This document shows, in pieces, positions 58,001-64,000 of a stretch of 64,000 nt of DNA. How positions within the stretch are numbered: the stretch's first letter is position 1; the number at the start of each line of letters is the position of its first letter. The stretch lies in contig CAXXUK010000002.1 in the NCBI GenBank assembly GCA_963665125.2, forward strand, positions 352,001 to 416,000, given 5' to 3'. The stretch comes from an uncultured Desulfarculus sp. GTDB lineage: Bacteria; Desulfobacterota; Desulfarculia; Desulfarculales; Desulfarculaceae. Made by a program: the position numbers and the translations under genes. The notes beneath the pieces were generated by a model. That model did not search any database. It was not told the origin of the DNA and saw only the letters and a list, made by a program, of their open reading frames with translations.

Positions 58001-58663
58001 TTATTCCTCTTTGGGCTCACCCTGGGCCAGCCGCCGGGCCGCGCCGTTGTAGGCGTCGGATATTATCCGGCCGCTGATCTGGCGCATGGCCTCGCTCATG
58101 GCCGCCGCGATATTGCCCCCCTTTTCGCCGCCCATGGGGCTGGAGGAGTTGTAGCGCTTTTGGTACACGACGCGCTTGGGCAACCGGGCGTAGGCCGTAT
58201 CGATCAGGGTTATCAACAGCTCCAACTGGGCGCTGTTTCCGCCGACTTCATTGGCCAAAAACTGTTCCACGCTGCCCATGAGCCTGAAGCGGGTCACCGG
58301 CCCCTGGTCTTCGGGCAAAATCACATCGAAGACACCAGCGGCCCGGAAATCACGCACAAGGTAATCGTAGACCATCTGAGCCGGGGGCACCCGCCAGCGG
58401 GCGTAATTGAACTCGGCCCTTTCATAATCCTTGGAGCGGTAGACCATGGCCGTATCGGTATAGCCCGCCGTGGCCGTAAAGTCGTTCATGTTCAAACCGG
58501 CGTTAAGCTTGGGGCCCTCCGGCGGCGCGGGGGGCTGGTATTCCAGCATGAATTCATGCACCGTTACATTGGGGCTCTTCATGCAACCGGTGGCCACTAC
58601 ACAGGCCAACATCAGCAGGGCGGCGGCGAACTTTTGGGGCATGTTTAACTGCATTGTCATCAC
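58001..58663 (-). CDS. ABC-type transport auxiliary lipoprotein (PqiC-like)
   Basis: Lipobox VATGC, MVYR...Y.RW..PP motif; downstream of the MCE gene. Confidence 0.8.
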   Translation of the reverse strand: MMTMQLNMPQKFAAALLMLACVVATGCMKSPNVTVHEFMLEYQPPAPPEGPKLNAGLNMNDFTATAGYTDTAMVYRSKDYERAEFNYARWRVPPAQMVYDYLVRDFRAAGVFDVILPEDQGPVTRFRLMGSVEQFLANEVGGNSAQLELLITLIDTAYARLPKRVVYQKRYNSSSPMGGEKGGNIAAAMSEAMRQISGRIISDAYNGAARRLAQGEPKEE

Positions 58664-58668
58664 TCCGG

Positions 58669-59589
58669 TCAGCGCCCGGTGGGCGGATCGCTAAATATCA
58701 GGTCCGAGGGATTGCGTTCCAGGCGCATCAGCAGCCGGTCGAGACGCTCGGAACTGGACCGCAGGTTGGACATTGTGCGGCGCACCTGCAAAGCGATCTC
58801 AAGGGTCTGGTCCTTGAGGGTCGTCACGAATTCGCGGAACTGACGGGCCGTGCTTTGCAGCTTCATTTCGTCCAGGGCCTTACGGGCCTTGACCAGCAGG
58901 GCGTCGAAGTTTTGGGAGCCATGCTCAATGGAATCAAGGGCCGAGTTGATGCGACCGGTCTGGAATTCCATGAGGAAACTGCTGGTGATCGCTTCCAGGT
59001 TGGAAGCGGTCTTTTCCAGGTTGGAAAAGGATTTTTGCAGGGAGGCGTTTTCAACGATATTGCGGACCGCGGCCAGGGTCTCGGTGACGTCATCGCCCAT
59101 GCCCTCGAAATCAATGCGGTCGAGCTGCTTGGTGATGCGGTCGATGACGTTCATCAGTTTTTGCATCTCCGAGGGTTTGGAGGGGATGATCGGATATTCA
59201 GCGGCAAAATCCACCCTGGGGCTGCTTGCCTTGTCGCCGGGCTGTTGGCGGTTCATTTCAATGAAGACGATGCCGGTGATACCCACGCTCTGCAACTGGG
59301 CCACCATTTCATTGGACAGATCGCCCTCGAAGCCGACCTGCATCACCACCTCGATGAGCTTGAAATCCGGCGCCACCCGGATGTCGGTGACCCGGCCAAC
59401 GTTGACGCCCCGGTACTTGACCTTGGAATCGACTTGCAGGCCCTGGACTGATTCATCAAAAAACGACACATAGGTGGTGGCGCCCTTCATGTATTTGTTG
59501 GCCCCCATCCAGACCATGGTCACCACGATCAGGCCGATGGCGGCCAGGACAAAAAGCCCCAGCCTGACATTGGAAACATTGCTGCTCAT
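58669..59589 (-). CDS. mlaD: MlaD/MCE family protein
   Basis: N-terminal TM, ESVQGL....VKYRGV.VGRV, GITG..FIE, helical C-terminus ending NPSDLIF. Confidence 0.88.
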   Translation of the reverse strand: MSSNVSNVRLGLFVLAAIGLIVVTMVWMGANKYMKGATTYVSFFDESVQGLQVDSKVKYRGVNVGRVTDIRVAPDFKLIEVVMQVGFEGDLSNEMVAQLQSVGITGIVFIEMNRQQPGDKASSPRVDFAAEYPIIPSKPSEMQKLMNVIDRITKQLDRIDFEGMGDDVTETLAAVRNIVENASLQKSFSNLEKTASNLEAITSSFLMEFQTGRINSALDSIEHGSQNFDALLVKARKALDEMKLQSTARQFREFVTTLKDQTLEIALQVRRTMSNLRSSSERLDRLLMRLERNPSDLIFSDPPTGR

Positions 59590-60392
59590 TGGGCAGACTC
59601 TCCCGCATCGCCGCCGGTGTGGCGGCCAAAAAAGTTGCGCACCAGAGGGGTGGGCGAATTGTCCTTCAACCAGTGGGGATCGCCTTCGGCGATGATGCCC
59701 TTGACCGACTTGTCCAGCATGATCACCCGGTGGGCAATGCTGAAAATCGAGGCCAACTCGTGACTGACAATGACCATTGTGGTGCCCAAGGCCTTGTTGA
59801 GTTTGATGATAAGTTCGTCCAGTTCGGCGCTGGTGATGGGGTCCAGACCGGCCGACGGTTCGTCGAAAAAAAGCACCAGCGGGTCCAGGGCCATGGCCCG
59901 GGCCAGGCCGGCGCGTTTTTTCATGCCTCCGGAAATCTCGGCCGGCAGGTGATTCTGGAAACCGGACAGACCAACCAGCGAAAGCTTCATGTTGGCCACC
60001 AGCCCCATTTCCCGCCGGGACAGCCGGGTGTAGTCCTCCATGGGCAACATCACGTTCTCGGCCAGGGTCATGGACCCTAAAAGCGCCCCGGACTGGAAAA
60101 GCATGCCCACATTGCGCCGCAGCTCGCGCATCTGCCGGCCGCTGGAGTTGTGAACATCAAGGCCGGTTATGCGCACGCTGCCGCCCTGAGGCTTGCGAAG
60201 GCCGATGATGTGGCGCAGCAGGGTGGTCTTGCCGCAGCCGCTGCCGCCCACCACCACGATGATCTCGCCGCGCTTTATCTGGAAGCTGACGTCCCTGAGC
60301 ACCTCCAGGGCGCCGAATTGCACCGAAAGGTTTTCCACCTCGATGATCGGTTCACCCGGACGGGGAATTGTTAGGCTCAGCTCCTGGTTCAC
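59586..60392 (-). CDS. mlaF: Mla-type ABC ATP-binding protein
   Basis: GGSGCGKT, FQSGAL, ISGGMKKRAGLARA, DEPSAGLDP. Confidence 0.9.
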   Translation of the reverse strand: MNQELSLTIPRPGEPIIEVENLSVQFGALEVLRDVSFQIKRGEIIVVVGGSGCGKTTLLRHIIGLRKPQGGSVRITGLDVHNSSGRQMRELRRNVGMLFQSGALLGSMTLAENVMLPMEDYTRLSRREMGLVANMKLSLVGLSGFQNHLPAEISGGMKKRAGLARAMALDPLVLFFDEPSAGLDPITSAELDELIIKLNKALGTTMVIVSHELASIFSIAHRVIMLDKSVKGIIAEGDPHWLKDNSPTPLVRNFFGRHTGGDAGESAQ

Positions 60393-60401
60393 GGGCGGTC
60401 C

Positions 60402-61544
60402 TCACAAAAAATAATACTGAATTATGGCGAACACCGAGTCGGTTACTATGATCAAAAACAAGGCGGCCACCACGGCGCCGGTGGTGGCCTTGCCCACGCC
60501 GGCCGCGCCGCCGCCGACCACGAAGCCCTTTTGGCAGCCGATGACGGCGATTAGCAGTCCGAACAACGATGACTTGGCCATGCTGGTGAACAGGTCGCCG
60601 ATGTCAAAGCTGGCCATGGTCTGGTTGATATAGGTGTACGGCGTCAGGTCCAGGCCGGCGACGCCCACGAACATGCCCCCTATGATGGCCGCGGAGATGG
60701 CGAACAGGTTGAGGATGGGCACCATCAACACCGCGGCGATGACCTTTGGTATGGCTAGGAACAGTGTAGGATCGTAGCCCATCACCTCCAGGGCGTCGAC
60801 TTCCTCGTTAACCTTCATGGTGCCGATCTCGGCGGCAAAGGCCGAACCCGAGCGGCCGGCCACCAGGATGGAGGTCATTATCGGGCCCAGCTCACGGACC
60901 ATGGCCACGGCGACCAGGGTGGCCACGTATATGTCGGCGCCAAAGCTCTTGAGCTGCAAGGAGGACATGAAAGCCATGATCATGCCCAGCAGCAAGCCGA
61001 TAAGGGCAACGATGGGCAGACCCTCGACCCCCACCGCATGCGTGTAATAAAAGACGTCTCCCAGGCGCAAGGAGCCGGGCCTTCTAAGTAAAAAAAACAG
61101 CCCCTTGGTAATTTGTCCCACGAAACCGATGATGTTGCCGACGTCCTGGCCCACGGCCCTGGCCGTGCGCCCCAAATCTTCCACAAAATTGCGTTTTCTG
61201 TCGGTTTTATTGATTGGTTCGGCCAGGACCTGCTCGGGGACGACCAGTGTGAGCATTGACTCAAAGAGGGCGTCTCCGCCCTGGATTGAAACCTGGACGT
61301 TGGCCGGGGCGTTTGCCTTGAACAATTGCAAGACCATGGCTCCCGACGTATCGAGGTAATTCAGCCCGGACAGGTCGATCAGCACCGAGGGAGGCAAGCC
61401 GCTCTCGACGGCCGTTTCCAGGTCGGCTTCGCACTTGTCGACCTGGTCAACGCCAAGCCGGCCCGACAACTCAATACGCAGCTGCGAATCGCCGACACGG
61501 CTTGTCTCAACGGACAATTTTCTTTTTCGTTTTTTGACTGTCAT
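60402..61544 (-). CDS. mlaE: MlaE permease with N-terminal STAS domain
   Basis: IDLSGLNYLDTSG, RELGP, AGRSGSAFAAEIGTMK.NEE.DAL, GVG.ATT.AVV. Confidence 0.9.
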   Translation of the reverse strand: MTVKKRKRKLSVETSRVGDSQLRIELSGRLGVDQVDKCEADLETAVESGLPPSVLIDLSGLNYLDTSGAMVLQLFKANAPANVQVSIQGGDALFESMLTLVVPEQVLAEPINKTDRKRNFVEDLGRTARAVGQDVGNIIGFVGQITKGLFFLLRRPGSLRLGDVFYYTHAVGVEGLPIVALIGLLLGMIMAFMSSLQLKSFGADIYVATLVAVAMVRELGPIMTSILVAGRSGSAFAAEIGTMKVNEEVDALEVMGYDPTLFLAIPKVIAAVLMVPILNLFAISAAIIGGMFVGVAGLDLTPYTYINQTMASFDIGDLFTSMAKSSLFGLLIAVIGCQKGFVVGGGAAGVGKATTGAVVAALFLIIVTDSVFAIIQYYFL

Positions 61545-61571
61545 GGCAAATTGCTGCGTCCGGGCTACTGG

Positions 61572-62141
61572 CTAATCAAACCTCATGTCCTTGAATTCTT
61601 TTTCGCTGACCGGCATTTCAGAGCCGCTGATCAATGGCGAACAGCCCATGCAGACGGCTCCCAGGATTTTTTTGCCGTCTTTTACGGGTTTGCACACAAC
61701 GAATATCTTGAAATTCATGCTGTACAGGACCAGGTGGCTTGTCTGGCCGTCGTTGATGACCTTGGAAATGCCCTTGTAGTTGGCGTAATTGTAGTTCAGG
61801 GACGGAGCCGCCAGCTGTTCTGGTTTTTTCGGCTTGGGATAGCGGCCGACCAACACGTGGCCCTTGGCGTTGAACGCCACCAGGCCGATGCGCAACGGCT
61901 TGTCTTCCTGGTCGGGTTGCTCAAAGGCTTTTTCAAATACTTCGCCTATTTGTTTGTCCTGCTCTTCGGCCATGTAGGGTTTGACCTGCTCCACAAGGTT
62001 ATTGAGCAGATTAACCGTGTTTTGCCGGAAACCCTCGGCCTCTGGGCTCAGGGATTCCTGACCGCAGGAGCCGATCAGCGGCAGCAGGGCCACGAATAGA
62101 TATGGCAGAATTGATCGAGCGAATAAAGCCAAGCGCCGCAT
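61572..62141 (-). CDS. hypothetical lipoprotein (possibly Cache-like fold)
   Basis: Lipobox IGSC, GAGG RBS, C-terminal VCKPVKDGKKILGAV. Confidence 0.65.
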   Translation of the reverse strand: MRRLALFARSILPYLFVALLPLIGSCGQESLSPEAEGFRQNTVNLLNNLVEQVKPYMAEEQDKQIGEVFEKAFEQPDQEDKPLRIGLVAFNAKGHVLVGRYPKPKKPEQLAAPSLNYNYANYKGISKVINDGQTSHLVLYSMNFKIFVVCKPVKDGKKILGAVCMGCSPLISGSEMPVSEKEFKDMRFD

Positions 62142-62316
62142 AGAAGCCTCCTCGGCAGCAGTATAGCACAGCCCGTCACAAAGTATAGCCTTTTCACTGT
62201 CTTAACGATGATGACGCCCGGAGCCGGACGGGCGGCCCGCCGGGTTTGGAGGCGCTTGCCTTTTGCCCGGCCAGCAGTATGGATGCTTCTGATAAAGGCG
62301 GTTTCCGCCGCTGATG

Positions 62317-62627
62317 CTATTCCTGGCTTTTCAGGAACTGGCAAGCATTTACGCACATGTTATATTCAACGGAACCCACGCCGTACCATCTATTGCAATC
62401 TTTTGGCAATACTCCAGGGAGCCATCCGGGGATCTGCCGATGATAAAGCGGTTTAAAAGGTAGGAATTGTAGGCGTTTTGGGTGGCGGCTGACTGGCCCG
62501 CGCCGGCCTTCTTGGCCAAGAATTCAATCAATGGCGGCGAGTCTCCTGCCACGGCCTGCGGCAGCAGCGCGAAAGTGATTGCCGCGGCAAGGACCACGGC
62601 GGCGAGGATGAGAGCCGTGTTGCGCAT
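62317..62627 (-). pseudogene. third, distant paralog of the secreted Cys-rich protein, frameshifted at an A4 run
   Basis: Frame 1 ...FLAKKAGAGQSAATQNAYNSYLLNR...EYCQ(K); shifted frame DCNRWYGVGSVEYNMCVNACQFLKSQE*; hairpin GGCGG-AAA-CCGCC-TTT just after TAG 62317. Confidence 0.8.
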
Positions 62628-62766
62628 GATCATCTCCGTTTACATGAGCGCGTACCAGCGTGAAATTGCCTTGCCCCGGATTTATGAGGCGGACCCGCGC
62701 TAAGAGGCAGTGCAATCCCGTTGCGTTCCCCGGTCAATCGGCCATTGCTGTCTTGATCTGCCGTTA

Positions 62767-63999
62767 CTAATTCTCGCGCACGTTGACCGGCGGGTTGAGG
62801 GGCTGCAAGAACGGCTTGACCTCCACGCCCTTGCCGGACTTGATGATCTCCGCCTCCAGCCAGCCCTGGTTGAACTGCATGGGGCCCCATTGGCGATTGC
62901 CCGACCACCAGGCTCCGCACAAGGCCGGGGCGGCAACCAGTTGCAGCGGCCCCTTGGCCGGGTTGAGCCAGCCGTGGTGAAAGGCGTGCTCGTGGCCGCT
63001 AACCAGGGCGCAGATATTGCGTTCCATCAGCATCTCAAACGCCTTGGCGGCGTTTTGGTCGACATCCCGTAGGGCGAACCCCGGCGGCGTCTCGGCCACA
63101 ACCAGCGAGCTTTTATGCAGGGGGTTGGCCCCGGTGACCGCCGAGGCCAGGGGGAAGTGGGTGCACAGAATCACCGGCATTTCCGGCGGCAGGGTGGCCA
63201 GGATGTCTTGCAGCCATTGCAGGGAGCTTTCGCTCATGCCGCCGCAGTTTTTCGGCTTGCCGCCGGGGCGCTGGCCCAGGGTCACGTTGTCGAGCATGAT
63301 GAATGCCACGCCCGCGGTCTTGTAGATATGGCGCATGGGGCCCATGTATTTGCGCCAAAGGCTGTAATCCACCTCCCCTTGATCGTAGCGCACGTCGTGA
63401 TTGCCCGGAATGGCTCGCCAAGGTTTGGGCAACAGGGCCGCCGCTTGGGCGCCGAGCTTCATCTGGCTTTCGGCGCGTTCTTCCGAGCCTTTATCCACCT
63501 CGTTGCACAGATCGCCCAATATTATGGTCAGGCGCGGATGGGAATATTTCACCTTCCTGGCCATGTCTTCCCAGGCGCGCAGGGGCTTCTCAGACGCTTG
63601 CTCGTCGATTTTGTAGTAATCGGGCAGGGTGGCATAGTCGAACAGATGCGGGTCGGCGATCAGGGCTATGCGCACGGGCAGTTTGATTTCGGATTGTTCA
63701 AGTTTTATTTGGTGGGGCGCCTTGGCCGCCTCGCCGGCGGTCATCCACCATTTGTCGGGCATGGCGTAGCCATCGGGCGCAGCGAACCAGACTATGCGGC
63801 CGCTTTCGGTCTTCAGGCTGAATTTGCCGTCGGCCCCGCTTTGGGCAACGGCGAACTCGTCGCTGACCGTAAGTCCCCCCAGCGGATTGCCCAAATTGTC
63901 AACGACCTGGCCGGTAATGCTCAGCGGGTCACCCGCCAGGGCGCTGGAGGCGAAAATCAGGATAAGGGCGAATATGGTTGCGGGCAGGAACCTGCGTTT
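62767..63999 (-). CDS. secreted calcineurin-like metallophosphoesterase (start codon lies beyond the window edge)
   Basis: ADPH, LGD, PGNHD, THFP, SGHEH motifs; frame open to the window end with signal peptide KRRFLPATIFALILIFASSALA. Confidence 0.88.
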   Translation of the reverse strand, partial: KRRFLPATIFALILIFASSALAGDPLSITGQVVDNLGNPLGGLTVSDEFAVAQSGADGKFSLKTESGRIVWFAAPDGYAMPDKWWMTAGEAAKAPHQIKLEQSEIKLPVRIALIADPHLFDYATLPDYYKIDEQASEKPLRAWEDMARKVKYSHPRLTIILGDLCNEVDKGSEERAESQMKLGAQAAALLPKPWRAIPGNHDVRYDQGEVDYSLWRKYMGPMRHIYKTAGVAFIMLDNVTLGQRPGGKPKNCGGMSESSLQWLQDILATLPPEMPVILCTHFPLASAVTGANPLHKSSLVVAETPPGFALRDVDQNAAKAFEMLMERNICALVSGHEHAFHHGWLNPAKGPLQLVAAPALCGAWWSGNRQWGPMQFNQGWLEAEIIKSGKGVEVKPFLQPLNPPVNVREN

Positions 64000-64000
64000 G

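Overview
GC-rich bacterial chromosome segment whose gene content (selA, FTR/glutaredoxin pair, cheX, TRAP, Mla, PHP-glycosyltransferase) is consistent with an anaerobic deltaproteobacterium (Desulfobacterota-like; inference). Mostly core and metabolic genes: a beta-oxidation operon (fadB-like, TetR, thiolase), a hybrid histidine kinase, HD-GYP, hisI-hisG, engB, selA, a Firmicutes-type nadBCA-niaR cluster, speE, DUF35/thiolase, a ClC channel and mlaEFD. No rRNA, tRNA or CRISPR array was recognised. Accessory features read directly from the sequence: (1) several small integrase-free insertions or duplications that regenerate the 3' end (and often the terminator) of a resident gene, clearest at speE and a YqaA-family gene; (2) an uncharacterised family of small secreted Cys-rich proteins (CX3C-X2-WY-X9-CX3CQFL) in three copies, two in a tandem two-gene cassette whose copies are reciprocally inactivated; (3) a TIR/NDT-like plus Zn-ribbon gene split by an IS481-family element; (4) two full-length but apparently catalytically degenerate enzymes (FadJ-like, and ACS-like next to a deacetylase).
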